Shown here: positions 20,037 to 29,456 of the stretch, piece after piece | How the letters are laid out: each line of letters starts with the position of its first letter | Numbering within the stretch: position 1 is the stretch's first letter | IMG/VR virus record: IMGVR_UViG_3300033067_001837 | Coordinates: 46,583-110,582 of that record | Length of the DNA stretch: 64,000 bases | Strand: one strand, 5' to 3' | DNA from: a virus | Taxonomy: Duplodnaviria; Caudoviricetes | The notes under the pieces: model-generated | What the model was told of the DNA's origin: nothing | What the model saw: the letters and a program-made list of their open reading frames with translations, nothing else | Database searches by the model: none | Program-made: the position numbers and the translations under genes

Positions 20037-21887
20037 TCAAGGTTGAATAAAAATGAGCCGTTCATTGGCTTGAATAGAAATGAGTCTTTCGCTGGATTGA
20101 ATAACCACCAGCCGGCCCGTGGATAACGTAACGATGATCTCAAAGAACGCGCCGTCGAGATTTGTCCTGAGCGTCCAAACCAGGCTAATCTCATCGTCCA
20201 TCGCCAAGCCGCCCGTGATCGGCGCGGCTAACGTAGTAGGTAAGGTCAGGTCGGCTTGAAACGCCGCCAGAGCGCTTTGTACTTGCGACAGCACCGCGCC
20301 GAGTTCCAATGAGCCGCCCAGCGAGATTGCTGCGGCATCGGCCAGCGCCAACGACACCGCCAACGACAGAGAAGACGTAATAGCGTTGCCGGTCGTGAAC
20401 AGCGCATTGAGTTGATTCGCCAGGGTCAGCGCGGTTCGGAAGCTCCCGACACCCGCAGGCGTTGCCAGTAATTGCGTAGCGAGAGTCAACTGCGCACTGA
20501 GAATCGCCGTGGCCGTGGTGCTAATTCCAGTCTGAACGTTCAGCGCCAACACGAGGTCGTTGATACCAAACCGTTCACCGTCAATCGTAACCGTAAAAAT
20601 TGCAGGCAGCGTCAGAGTCGCAGAGGTCGATAACGCCGCGTTTAATGCCGTTTGCAGAGTGGTTAGTAACGAAAACTGCGTTGCATATCCTGCGGTCGAT
20701 GATGGCGTCAACGTGGCATTGAGCGCCAATGTCAGCGCTTTATTCAGCGTTGCGCTCGTGCTACTCAACAACCCTTGCGAAATCGCTAGCGACAAACCGG
20801 CCAATAGATTTGCGGTGACGCTACTGGTATAAGAACAAGAAATACTTTCGGTAATTGCCGCCACCGCCGCATTCAACGCCGATACCGACTGTCCTACCGT
20901 CATATCCATCTGCACAGTCGCTAATGCCGTCAGCGCTCGTTGCAGGGTGATACTAACATTCGTATCAAGTGTTAGCGCACTATTAAACTGTGCCGATGGC
21001 CCTGACATCGCTCCAGCGAGAGTTGAGAGCGTCAGACCGGCATTGAACCGAGCGTTTACAGAAGGATAGATACTGGCAATATAAGCAAAAGTTAGCGCGG
21101 AATCATGAGTGGTTGCGCCTCCACTCGGAATAGAATAAAATAGCGGGACACGGGGGGAAAAGAGTTGCCATGGATTTTCTTGAAACAAACTGAGTTCTTC
21201 ATTTCTCAGCGCGCGCGCCCATGCCGCAACATAGAGGATCGCCCCGTCCAGGTAAGTCAATCCATCCGATCGTTTTCCGATATAGAGATTTCCGTTTCCC
21301 GCTGTCGGAGTGCCTGTACCCGTTCCTGAAACAGAAGACATTGTGTAATATGTTGATCTGACAAACGCCTCCGGCGTGATTTCAATTCCTCCTGATGGCT
21401 GTCTGACGCCAAAAAAAGTTCTATCCCCCGCAGAAATGATATCCGCAGGATACGCCCATATTCTATAGCCGGCGTTAGAACGGATAAAACCAATTTTCCC
21501 ATCCGTAGCAGTACGTCCCACACGAAATTCAAAAGGAAGATTTGTCGTTGTCCCCAATCCCGAAGTGATAATTTGCCCGTAGTTCGTCAGCGCGTCTACC
21601 CGAGCATAAGTGGCAATTGTAATCGGCCCAAGAATATTATACGAATCGTCTGAATTAATAATCGTTTGCTGGTTCGTATAATCGCGGGAAACCCCCAATG
21701 GGCTTACTGTGGGAATCGACGTATCTGTGGATACGGTATGCATTTTTACCCACTCAACCATTTTTCCTGCACAGTGGGTAACGAAAACACGCAAACCCGC
21801 CGCTAAGGGGTTTTGGTAATCAATGCGCACCGGCCCCGATGGCTGCCGTTTCCACGCAGCACGGGGCATCCCAATTAATCCAGCCAT
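20037..21887 (-). CDS. LamG/concanavalin-like domain tail protein with Ala/Leu/Thr repeat stalk
   Basis: LYIG.R....YLDG.I..VA.W.RAL..EE...L..NPWQ LamG signature, followed by ~22-aa A.LTL repeats. Confidence 0.7.
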   Translation of the reverse strand: MAGLIGMPRAAWKRQPSGPVRIDYQNPLAAGLRVFVTHCAGKMVEWVKMHTVSTDTSIPTVSPLGVSRDYTNQQTIINSDDSYNILGPITIATYARVDALTNYGQIITSGLGTTTNLPFEFRVGRTATDGKIGFIRSNAGYRIWAYPADIISAGDRTFFGVRQPSGGIEITPEAFVRSTYYTMSSVSGTGTGTPTAGNGNLYIGKRSDGLTYLDGAILYVAAWARALRNEELSLFQENPWQLFSPRVPLFYSIPSGGATTHDSALTFAYIASIYPSVNARFNAGLTLSTLAGAMSGPSAQFNSALTLDTNVSITLQRALTALATVQMDMTVGQSVSALNAAVAAITESISCSYTSSVTANLLAGLSLAISQGLLSSTSATLNKALTLALNATLTPSSTAGYATQFSLLTTLQTALNAALSTSATLTLPAIFTVTIDGERFGINDLVLALNVQTGISTTATAILSAQLTLATQLLATPAGVGSFRTALTLANQLNALFTTGNAITSSLSLAVSLALADAAAISLGGSLELGAVLSQVQSALAAFQADLTLPTTLAAPITGGLAMDDEISLVWTLRTNLDGAFFEIIVTLSTGRLVVIQSSERLISIQANERLIFIQP

Positions 21888-21889
21888 GA

Positions 21890-22408
21890 TTACACGCTCT
21901 GGCCTTGGATACGAGCGTACTGGAACGAGTGATTCCCTCCCGTCGAATCCAGATTGACGCCAGAATCATGCATAACGAATAATCCCCAGTACGTAGGAAG
22001 TTGTCCGAATACAGACGCAATTGATGTTGGAGGCATTTCTAATACCAGCCCCGTTGTTGCGTCTGTCGTTCCTGCCCACAAAAAGCGTAAGCAGCCATAC
22101 GCCACATTGGCGCTGGTCATGGTTTTTACGGCGTCCGTCCCGGTGATGCTGTCTGGATAAGTTGGCGTCCCGCTGGAAATAGATTGCGCCGCATACGCAT
22201 AAACTTGAACGGTTCTCGAGGCTGTCGGCGATGTTCCCAGCTTAATTTTCCCACTAACCAAATGATCTAAATCTAAATTACTGGAATTACTGATGGCTGT
22301 GGACGCTCGCCCGGCCCACGCCGTTGAACTCGCTAAACTAGCGAGTGTAATTGTGATCGCAACAGTATCCGCATTTGATGCTGGATATTTTATCTTAATA
22401 TCCGCCAT
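21890..22408 (-). CDS. Virion structural protein
   Basis: ITITLASLASS...GR.ST.I.N...SIASVFG.LP.YWGLFV pattern. Confidence 0.6.
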   Translation of the reverse strand: MADIKIKYPASNADTVAITITLASLASSTAWAGRASTAISNSSNLDLDHLVSGKIKLGTSPTASRTVQVYAYAAQSISSGTPTYPDSITGTDAVKTMTSANVAYGCLRFLWAGTTDATTGLVLEMPPTSIASVFGQLPTYWGLFVMHDSGVNLDSTGGNHSFQYARIQGQSV

Positions 22409-22414
22409 AAATTA

Positions 22415-22714
22415 TCATCCGATGTTGACGAGTTCAGGCCAAATCTGTTTGATTTGCCAATCAATATCCGAATCACTGGCCGTCGATGGGCTTGACGCAA
22501 TCGTCGCATTTCGCAGGACTTGCATAGCAATCTGCCTTTCCGTGACAGACGACTCGTCACGTAATAGCTTCAACGCATAATTCTTACTCGCCAAAGAGAC
22601 ATCATATCCCTCGTCTTCGACAATGACGTGTTGCGCTGTGATAGTTGCGGCGGCCCAACACCGCCCTTGGAATTCTGCATCGTTCGACGCAATATAAACA
22701 TCAAGAAGTGACAT
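22415..22714 (-). CDS. Hypothetical protein (tail module)
   Basis: 99 aa with GGAG RBS. Confidence 0.6.
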   Translation of the reverse strand: MSLLDVYIASNDAEFQGRCWAAATITAQHVIVEDEGYDVSLASKNYALKLLRDESSVTERQIAMQVLRNATIASSPSTASDSDIDWQIKQIWPELVNIG

Positions 22715-22815
22715 AAAAACTCCGCTAAAATTTGAAGGTTAAATTCAAAATCGGTTAGGTGTTCAATCTAAACGCCTGGCGCATTCGCACGACAGACGGG
22801 TCGGTCTCCACATTA

Positions 22816-22983
22816 TTATCCATCGGGCAAGAAGACGCCCAGAAGCCCCGCGACCGCTGCCCCGCCGGTAAGGATGGCCTCGACCTGCTCCGGGTTCAGA
22901 GAAATTCCCGCAACGGTCAATAGCCATACAATCCCTCTCCAGGTCGATGGCTCTGAAGCTCGGGAAATAAGCCATTTTTTCAT
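22816..22983 (-). CDS. Putative holin (55 aa, two TM helices)
   Basis: Below track cutoff: MKKWLISRASEPSTWRGIVWLLTVAGISLNPEQVEAILTGGAAVAGLLGVFLPDG. EPSTWRG motif of small phage holin-like proteins; near the endolysin. Confidence 0.65.
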   Translation of the reverse strand: MKKWLISRASEPSTWRGIVWLLTVAGISLNPEQVEAILTGGAAVAGLLGVFLPDG

Positions 22984-23379
22984 ACGGTGGCTCCCGGCGA
23001 GTCATTATACGCCAATTTTACGGTTTTTTTGGATAGGCACAGTCGATTCAGCATTCTACTGGGGTTTGATAAGCGGAATGAATTGATCATGTTTTACATC
23101 CTCACGGAAGACAAAGCGACAAACTATGCGACTGATAAAATAGCGTTGATAATGGCGTAACGAAACTCCGAATCAATCCAGATGTACGCATTATGTTTCC
23201 GCACTAAATTAATCCACTATCCAGACAACCACCAAGGTCAAAAATAGCACATTCGTTTAACGTAATTCGACAGGCACTATCAAACCAACAATTCATTTGA
23301 ACTCCGAAAAACTCAGTAACGTTCGTTGCTATTCCTAATTCCAGCAGAGTTAAAATCGTAAATCTACATCTAATCAACA

Positions 23380-23634
23380 TTAGATTAAATCTCCCTTCGC
23401 ACTCATATCATACTGCATTTCTAAGTCAATCAATTTCACCAATCCCATAAACGCATTCCAATCGTCCCTATAAATCTCAATGTTCGGATTACTGTATCCG
23501 ATATGACCAATCACTACGGTACTGTATTCTGGATTTTCTTGGTTGGCTTCAACTTCAGCAATAAACGGGCAATCTTCTGTCATCAACAGCACGTTCTTGG
23601 TTTTAGGATGAACAACTCTCATACTCCATCCCAC
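23380..23634 (-). CDS. Hypothetical protein
   Basis: ORF coupled to the endolysin stop; true start probably MRVVHP. Confidence 0.5.
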   Translation of the reverse strand: MGWSMRVVHPKTKNVLLMTEDCPFIAEVEANQENPEYSTVVIGHIGYSNPNIEIYRDDWNAFMGLVKLIDLEMQYDMSAKGDLI

Positions 23635-24065
23635 TCGGTTCCAGTACGAATTGCATGAACAATCCGTGGCCCACGTAACTTCACTTGCTTAAACCAGCGC
23701 GATTGGATCAGCGCATCCGCCGCTTTGTCCCAATCACCACTCTTCGCGGCATGAAGAAATCGCCGGAAGTCACCGAGCTTGTAACCCAGGTTCACTGAAA
23801 GGTTGATCATTGATCTTTGCCTTACGTCATCTAGCTTTCTCCATCCTGGTAAAATACTATCTAGCTTCCTTTCCGCATCTTTGATGTCATTTTCCAAGAT
23901 AGAAATCGCCTGGTCTTTCGTAATCTCGCCAAACGACTCTCCTTTTTTTATGAGATGACCAACCCCTATTGTCAAAAAACCTAAAGAATCACGATAAGGC
24001 TTTAAAACCATTCCTTCGTCACGAATAAGCTCCTTAACCAACAACTCAAAATTATATAATTCCAT
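23619..24065 (-). CDS. Endolysin, T4-lysozyme-like (GH24)
   Basis: DEG..LKPY.D.LG.LTIGVGHL catalytic E/D/T motif; SRW.KQV..R. Confidence 0.92.
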   Translation of the reverse strand: MELYNFELLVKELIRDEGMVLKPYRDSLGFLTIGVGHLIKKGESFGEITKDQAISILENDIKDAERKLDSILPGWRKLDDVRQRSMINLSVNLGYKLGDFRRFLHAAKSGDWDKAADALIQSRWFKQVKLRGPRIVHAIRTGTEWDGV

Positions 24066-24107
24066 GCTTTACTGACTCCAAAGCTTTACCGTTCTTTATT
24101 TTCCCTA

Positions 24108-24323
24108 CTACCGTTTCGGTATTGCAGGGGGATCATCGTTTGCTGTCCATTTCGTGCGGACATCAGCCCATTCTCCAACTTTCTGATATTCATCACAGAG
24201 TCCAGGGAATTCTTCCCGCTGAAGTTCACAGTAGAAAATATCGGGGTCGTCATCTTTAAACCAGCGGCAAGAATAGCAAGCTAAGGCCGAAGAATCTGTA
24301 CGTTTTTGCAATTGCCCTTTCAC
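24108..24323 (-). CDS. Small Cys-rich hypothetical protein
   Basis: GTG start overlapping the upstream TGA; C..C...C...C pattern. Confidence 0.5.
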   Translation of the reverse strand: MKGQLQKRTDSSALACYSCRWFKDDDPDIFYCELQREEFPGLCDEYQKVGEWADVRTKWTANDDPPAIPKR

Positions 24324-24433
24324 GACATCAGCACCGCGATACCTGCAAATAGGCCCATTACGCCGCCAATAATCACGATGAAGGTGGTTAGGATGATGGC
24401 GATGAATCCGAGCAATCCAATGATGACTTTCAT
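24320..24433 (-). CDS. 37-aa hydrophobic membrane peptide
   Basis: MKVIIGLLGFIAIILTTFIVIIGGVMGLFAGIAVLMS; ATGA and GTGA overlaps couple it to both neighbours. Confidence 0.6.
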   Translation of the reverse strand: MKVIIGLLGFIAIILTTFIVIIGGVMGLFAGIAVLMS

Positions 24434-25074
24434 GTCGCTTTTTCAATCACAGTGAAGGTAGCGGTTCCACCCACCCACGGATTCACCACAAAGCGAATGG
24501 CGCGAGCCACATGAGTAATGGTGTGCGCGGCAGATGCCGTTCCTGTGACCACGGCGCTGGCAATGGGGTAAGCGTCCCATTCCTGGAAACCCACAGCTTG
24601 TACGTCGTCATAGGTGGATTGCATGGTAAACGTCAGATTGGCGCTGGTGCTGAGTTCAATGCCAATACCGATCACCGGACTGGAATACTGATCCAGAGGA
24701 ATCCAGCCGGTTGCGCCTTGCGCGGCAAAGCCCACGGTAATCGCGCCCGTGGTGGCGTCGCTGACATACACCGAAGTAATGGTTTGGAAATTGACGTTGT
24801 AAACCGTTGTCGCCGCGCCACTGGCTCCTGCCGTGGTATACACCATCGGATTGCCGTTGCGATCCGTTCCGGTAATCGTGAAAGTTTTAGTGTTTTCCGC
24901 AGCAGCGGTGACGATAGTGAGATGACGGGGATTGGTGGGCGCAGTATAGACGCCACCCGAGGTATTCGCGCCGTCAATATCCAGGAACCCGGCCCCTGTG
25001 GGCGTTTGAGAAGCACAAACAGCATTGCCTACGGCGGCGCTGAGAGTAATTGATTGGGTGGTGACTCGTTGCAT
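24430..25074 (-). CDS. Virion structural protein
   Basis: TFTITGTD.NG and F.TITS motifs, shared with 25162..25938. Confidence 0.6.
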   Translation of the reverse strand: MQRVTTQSITLSAAVGNAVCASQTPTGAGFLDIDGANTSGGVYTAPTNPRHLTIVTAAAENTKTFTITGTDRNGNPMVYTTAGASGAATTVYNVNFQTITSVYVSDATTGAITVGFAAQGATGWIPLDQYSSPVIGIGIELSTSANLTFTMQSTYDDVQAVGFQEWDAYPIASAVVTGTASAAHTITHVARAIRFVVNPWVGGTATFTVIEKAT

Positions 25075-25108
25075 TCCTACACCTCAAGAATCCATCAATG
25101 GAAGCGGG

Positions 25109-25123
25109 CTGTCCTCTCGACAG
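25109..25123 (-). promoter_or_regulatory. Conserved leader hairpin CTGTC-GAGAG-GACAG
   Basis: Between the terminator and the RBS of 25074. Confidence 0.55.
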
Positions 25124-25132
25124 TCCAAAACG

Positions 25133-25153
25133 AAAAAGCCCCTTGCGGGGCTT
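25133..25153 (-). terminator. Rho-independent terminator
   Basis: AAGCCCC-GCAA-GGGGCTT-TTT. Confidence 0.8.
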
Positions 25154-25161
25154 CGTTAAAT

Positions 25162-25938
25162 TCAGGCTTGCGTAATACCACGTAAACCCGTGGTGCTGTT
25201 AGGATCAGCAACGTGCATCCAGCCTTTATAGGTCTTGGTACCGTTCATATTGCCGACTGTCGCCACTGCAATAGTCCCTCTTGGGTCACCAGTTACTGTG
25301 GTGGCCGGGTCGGTAGTGACCGCAATCGCAATCGCCGATGGAACATCCAGAGCGCCATCAAAAAACATCGACAGCAAGTCAGACTTTTCTGCCAGTTTGT
25401 AGGGCAACCCTAACAGCGAACCAAAACCGACATTGATCACTTTAGCTGAATCATCGGCGTCCGAAGTCAGTGCAATACTGCGGATATACTTGAATGCCTT
25501 AAGACCCACGACCGCTGTTCCTGCTGCGGCAATTGCTAGTGATTCAGTCATAGGTGCTTTATATTGGTCGTACCCGGTAACAAGAACCGTAATATTACCT
25601 ACCGCTGTATTAATCGCAGCAGTCACATTTCGCGGGACATCCAATGGCATCACGGTCTGTCCGTTAACGGTCGTGGTGCCTAATAGTGCAGTTTGATCCA
25701 GCGGGGAGGCAGGATAGGTGTCGGCGGTAATAGTAATTGTATTCGCGTTAGGGGCTTCGGTAGCACCCGTTGCGCCTTTTACAATACCGGCTGCTACAGC
25801 CAGCTTGGGAGCGCCCAAATCAATCTTGGTCATGATATTAACCGGAACACCAGCGCGGCCATTGACGCCATAAACGCCACCGTCATAACCAGCACCAATA
25901 TAAACTTGATCCGCACGGGAAAGGGTTTGTTTCGACAT
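25162..25938 (-). CDS. Virion structural (capsid-associated) protein
   Basis: DVPRNV...V.VTGYD.Y...M.E...G.KAFK.I...ATT.TGD.RGT pattern; directly after the major capsid gene. Confidence 0.65.
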   Translation of the reverse strand: MSKQTLSRADQVYIGAGYDGGVYGVNGRAGVPVNIMTKIDLGAPKLAVAAGIVKGATGATEAPNANTITITADTYPASPLDQTALLGTTTVNGQTVMPLDVPRNVTAAINTAVGNITVLVTGYDQYKAPMTESLAIAAAGTAVVGLKAFKYIRSIALTSDADDSAKVINVGFGSLLGLPYKLAEKSDLLSMFFDGALDVPSAIAIAVTTDPATTVTGDPRGTIAVATVGNMNGTKTYKGWMHVADPNSTTGLRGITQA

Positions 25939-25954
25939 ATTTGTTCTCCATTGT

Positions 25955-25969
25955 CTGCTCTCTCAGCAG
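25955..25969 (-). promoter_or_regulatory. Conserved leader hairpin variant CTGCT-GAGAG-AGCAG
   Basis: Compensatory stem changes relative to other copies; just upstream of the GGAG RBS of 25938. Confidence 0.55.
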
Positions 25970-26084
25970 TCAACGCTCACATGAGCAGAGATTAAAAAAA
26001 TCCGCCGTTAGGGCAGATGGGGAAGGTAGGAAAAGTTAAACAAAAACAGATGGTTTTGTCAATAGATTCATGAATCGCAAGCAC

Positions 26085-26118
26085 AAAAAAATCCCCGAGT
26101 TGGGGAAACAACTCGGGG
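26085..26118 (-). terminator. Rho-independent terminator after major capsid gene
   Basis: CCCCGAGTTG-TTTCCC-CAACTCGGGG-ATTTTTTT. Confidence 0.8.
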
Positions 26119-26230
26119 CTTAGGTTTTTCAATCAGGCGAGATTAAAAATCCCGTTTATCAACTACAGACTCCATTAACAATTGAGTCTGTAGTTTACAT
26201 TAGGCTTGTCTAAACGCCAACAAGTTTACA

Positions 26231-27139
26231 TCAGGCGCCCTCTGAGCCATACATACCGCGAGGGTCAGAAAATCCGAACGCGAACCGCTGACGAGCGCGG
26301 AACACCAGATTACCAGTGTTAAAATCTTCATCAGAGCCGCGTTCCAGCGCCTTCCGATTGAAGAACTTCATGCCGTCCATGCAGTCGGTTTTCACGAACC
26401 ATTGATCAGCATCGGTCAACCGAGTCACCACGGCAGGCATTTCCGGGAATACACCCAGAGTGCGAATCGCGTTGATGTCGTTGTCATTCGTCCCGGTGCG
26501 CAGGGTAGAACGCAGCAGCCGAGCGGCTACATACTCCAACTGCGGGGGGATAATGATTTTCTTCGGCTTCAACGAAATCGGCAGTCCGCGATCATCCACC
26601 GCCGTCCGAATCTGAATCGAAATATCTTCCAGCGCTGTTTCCGACAGGTCAGATGCCGTAGACAGCTTGTTGCTGAACGTACCGCCCCACAGCAGCGGGT
26701 GATCCGTTGCCAACAGTGACTTGCCGTCGCCGCCCAGGTAGCTGCCGCTTGTCGCCCGGTTCAGGACGTTAGCACCCATCACCTCGACGGTTTCGCGCAT
26801 CGACCGGGCCATGGCGCGAGCGTAACGAGAACCCAGTTGCATGTACAGATTATCTTCCAGAGCTTCCTGGGTGACACTGAATTTCATGCCCACAGTAACC
26901 ATCTGATACCGAGAAGACCAACCCTGGCGGGCCTCGTCCTCAGCAAAGGCTTCACCCTCACCCTTCAGCGGGGCCGGGCCAAATCCGGTCATCAGGACAT
27001 CTTCCTCGAATGCTTTGTTCGAGGTAAAGGTATCGAACACCTCGGTATATTCCACCGGATATTCATTGTAAGACATACCGAAGTGCGCATTAAGACCTTC
27101 GGTCAGGTCGCGTGGAAATGAAGCTCTTGTAATTGCCAT
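26231..27139 (-). CDS. Major capsid protein
   Basis: MAITRA.F...L..GLNA.FG..Y; S.KAFEEDV...GFG.AP.K.EG; ARSMR.T.E...ANVLN; GGDGKSLLATDHP; FGFSDPRG.YGS.GA. Confidence 0.9.
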   Translation of the reverse strand: MAITRASFPRDLTEGLNAHFGMSYNEYPVEYTEVFDTFTSNKAFEEDVLMTGFGPAPLKGEGEAFAEDEARQGWSSRYQMVTVGMKFSVTQEALEDNLYMQLGSRYARAMARSMRETVEVMGANVLNRATSGSYLGGDGKSLLATDHPLLWGGTFSNKLSTASDLSETALEDISIQIRTAVDDRGLPISLKPKKIIIPPQLEYVAARLLRSTLRTGTNDNDINAIRTLGVFPEMPAVVTRLTDADQWFVKTDCMDGMKFFNRKALERGSDEDFNTGNLVFRARQRFAFGFSDPRGMYGSEGA

Positions 27140-27172
27140 GATATGTTTTCCTTAGCGGTCAGGGGTCAGCGA

Positions 27173-27742
27173 TTAAACGCCAATAACGCCAGCAGTCGGG
27201 GTGCCAGTCTTATAAGCATGTTCCACAAAAATACCCTCAACCTTTGCATAAGCGCCATAAGCGTTATTGGGGCGAGGCACTAACCGTATAATCTGGAAAT
27301 TCTTGCCGGAAGTTGCACCAGCACTGGCGATAATATAGCTACCACTCATTCCCGTGGTTGCACTACCTGTTCCCGCATGAACATCCGCCAATAGACCAAT
27401 ATCGGCCTCATTGACCGTATCACCCTGTACTTCAAAAACAATCGTCGGGTCGTCATAAACCAGAGCGACCGCATTGGTTGCGCTGACGCTACCCGGCCAA
27501 TAAGCGGAAAACTTCACACTACCGTCCGCAGCAATATAACGGCAACCGGCGAAAACGCCGATATTGAGTTCATCCGTTTCATCCGCCTTGGCAATACCGT
27601 TACCAGTACCGGTCAGCTTTACTTTGTCGCCGCTATAAATAACGGCGGTAGTCGTAGCAATCGAGTATTCGGTCAGACTAATATTGCCGCCACCCAGTTT
27701 GCGAACAGCTTTCAGGCCGCGAGGCCCATTAGTGTTAGCCAT
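27173..27742 (-). CDS. Capsid decoration/cement-like protein
   Basis: MAN.N.PRGL...IGVF.GC.Y...V.DDP..VFEVQ family found upstream of this capsid type. Confidence 0.65.
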   Translation of the reverse strand: MANTNGPRGLKAVRKLGGGNISLTEYSIATTTAVIYSGDKVKLTGTGNGIAKADETDELNIGVFAGCRYIAADGSVKFSAYWPGSVSATNAVALVYDDPTIVFEVQGDTVNEADIGLLADVHAGTGSATTGMSGSYIIASAGATSGKNFQIIRLVPRPNNAYGAYAKVEGIFVEHAYKTGTPTAGVIGV

Positions 27743-27755
27743 GTTTCAACTCCAT

Positions 27756-27771
27756 ACTGTCTCACGACAGT
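27756..27771 (-). promoter_or_regulatory. Conserved leader hairpin ACTGTC-GTGA-GACAGT
   Basis: Directly upstream of the GGAG RBS of 27742. Confidence 0.6.
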
Positions 27772-27783
27772 CATTAGTAAAAG

Positions 27784-28350
27784 TTAATCGTCGGCAATCT
27801 TGGGACGCCGACCAGTTGATATTTTGCGTTCAAACTTATCGACTTCACCGGCGCTAAACCCATGTCCACCCGGCATGGTTTGCGACAGATAGCGTTCAAT
27901 CCCGGAGGTTTGGTTGCGCGTAAGTCGATCTATAAACTCTTTCTGACGCTGATGGATGTTTTCAGGGCGCTCCATCAGAATCATGTCGCCATTACTGATC
28001 ACTTCGCCATACCGGGCGTGCTGCACGGTCGGGCAAAAGAACCCAGGCGGGACCGTATCCGCAGCGCGGGGGTTCCAACCCTCATTGCGCTTGCGCATCA
28101 TATTGGATACGTCGTCAGTACCCAGCGTCGAAATCCTGACCCATCGTTGCACAAAACCCGGTCGCGCCTCGGGAGCGCTGGTCATCATCGGTTGCTGCCA
28201 CTGATCATCACCTGAAGGTTCATGGATCGGTTCAGCATCCCGTGTTTCCTGAGTGCGGGAAAGACGTTGACGGTCGTTTTTTTCGACGGCCTCTTTGAGA
28301 AGGGTGTCTGCCATAAGAATCTCCTGAGAAGTGGTTTTAGAGCGGGTCAT
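27784..28350 (-). CDS. Conserved head-module protein
   Basis: W..P....AP..RPGF..RWVR....G.DD..N......EGW.P; ILMERP. Confidence 0.65.
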   Translation of the reverse strand: MTRSKTTSQEILMADTLLKEAVEKNDRQRLSRTQETRDAEPIHEPSGDDQWQQPMMTSAPEARPGFVQRWVRISTLGTDDVSNMMRKRNEGWNPRAADTVPPGFFCPTVQHARYGEVISNGDMILMERPENIHQRQKEFIDRLTRNQTSGIERYLSQTMPGGHGFSAGEVDKFERKISTGRRPKIADD

Positions 28351-29299
28351 TCCGCTTTATCCACGCTTTACGATGTTCGGGTTTATTGGGATCGAAGCCA
28401 TACTTCCGCATAGTTTCCAAATCCCCACTGGTCAGGCGACGAGCGGGCGTTCGGGTTTCAGCGGTCGATTGACCGTCTGCCGAAGAACCGGCGACACGAG
28501 CCTTGGGGGCGGGACGGGGTGGCGGGGCGTCTGCAACCTTTTCAGCTACGGAAGCTGATTTCTTGGCTAGACGAGGCACCACAGTATGAAGCCGCCGATC
28601 CAATTCCTGATACATCTCAGAATCATCTGGGCTAAACCCTTCTTCCTGCAAGTCCGCATCCAATTGGCGCGCATAGTTCGCGGCTTTTGGATCGTGACCA
28701 TCGACATACCAGCGATTCTGTTTCAACCACTCGCGAGTTCCTGACGGTAAATTCTCGGGAATCGTTGGCACGTCAGCCGGTTTCTCAGAGGCCGGAGGCT
28801 GCTGGAATTTCTGTGCTTGTTCCTTGGCGAGTTCGGTCTGCCTGCGCTTTTCAGCCCATTGCTCCCGTAACTCAAACATCTGATCCTGTGCGGAAATTTG
28901 GGCCTCAATATCACCCTCTTCGACCGCCTTGCGATAATTCGCACGAGCCGCATCCAGTTGGCTCTTGACTTGATATTCCGAATAAGCGACCTGTTGCTGC
29001 AATTCAGAAAACTCGCGTGCCGTATGCTTTGCCTCGATGGTTTCCACCTTAGCTTGCATTTGCTGCACTCGCATTTCGAGTTCCCGTTTTTCGCGGGTCA
29101 GCTTATCAATACGCTTTTGAACCTTGCGTCCGTAAGATTCCTTTCCCTCGCCGCTGGCCGATTCGGTTTGGGTAGGAGATTCTTCTTTCTTGGGTTCAGG
29201 AATTTCGGGTTCAGAGGTTGTTTCCTCTTCCGAAAACTCTTCGTCTAAAACATCATCCTCAAAGAGATCGTCACCATCTCTATCATCAATTTTTGACAC
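28337..29299 (-). CDS. Capsid scaffolding protein
   Basis: Acidic N-terminus, Y...VQKRIDKLT coiled coil, W...N.W, EG.......Y.ELD.R; located between GroES and capsid genes. Confidence 0.75.
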   Translation of the reverse strand: MSKIDDRDGDDLFEDDVLDEEFSEEETTSEPEIPEPKKEESPTQTESASGEGKESYGRKVQKRIDKLTREKRELEMRVQQMQAKVETIEAKHTAREFSELQQQVAYSEYQVKSQLDAARANYRKAVEEGDIEAQISAQDQMFELREQWAEKRRQTELAKEQAQKFQQPPASEKPADVPTIPENLPSGTREWLKQNRWYVDGHDPKAANYARQLDADLQEEGFSPDDSEMYQELDRRLHTVVPRLAKKSASVAEKVADAPPPRPAPKARVAGSSADGQSTAETRTPARRLTSGDLETMRKYGFDPNKPEHRKAWIKRNDPL

Positions 29300-29310
29300 A
29301 AAGGCTCCGT

Positions 29311-29324
29311 CTGTCTCACGACAG
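29311..29324 (-). promoter_or_regulatory. Conserved leader hairpin CTGTC-GTGA-GACAG
   Basis: 2 nt upstream of the GGAG RBS of the scaffold gene. Confidence 0.6.
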
Positions 29325-29381
29325 TCAACGCGATAGCGAATCGCGAGTTACGCTAGGCAATCACCGAAGTGATTGAATGAC

Positions 29382-29456
29382 TGGTAGCAGAAACTGGATT
29401 TGCACCAGTGATCTTTGGTTTATGAGACCAACGAGATACTACTTCTCTATTCTGCA
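29382..29456 (-). tRNA. tRNA-Met(CAU), initiator-like, encoded CCA
   Basis: Cloverleaf TGCAGAA-TA-GAGA-AGTAGTA-TCTC-G-TTGGT-CTCATAA-ACCAA-AGATC-ACTGG-TGCAAAT-CCAGT-TTCTGCT-A-CCA; 1:72 mismatch. Confidence 0.88.

Noticed and set aside
22763-23005. Track ORF of 80 aa
   Set aside because: Wrong frame; the overlapping 55-aa frame (22816-22983) gives a recognisable holin-like protein.
24324-24446. His/Arg-rich N-terminus of track ORF 24108..24446
   Set aside because: It is the off-frame reading of the hydrophobic 37-aa gene; the GTG at 24323 is the better start.
29382-29456. tRNA as a prophage attachment site
   Set aside because: It lies mid head operon, with no duplicated 3' end and no integrase nearby.
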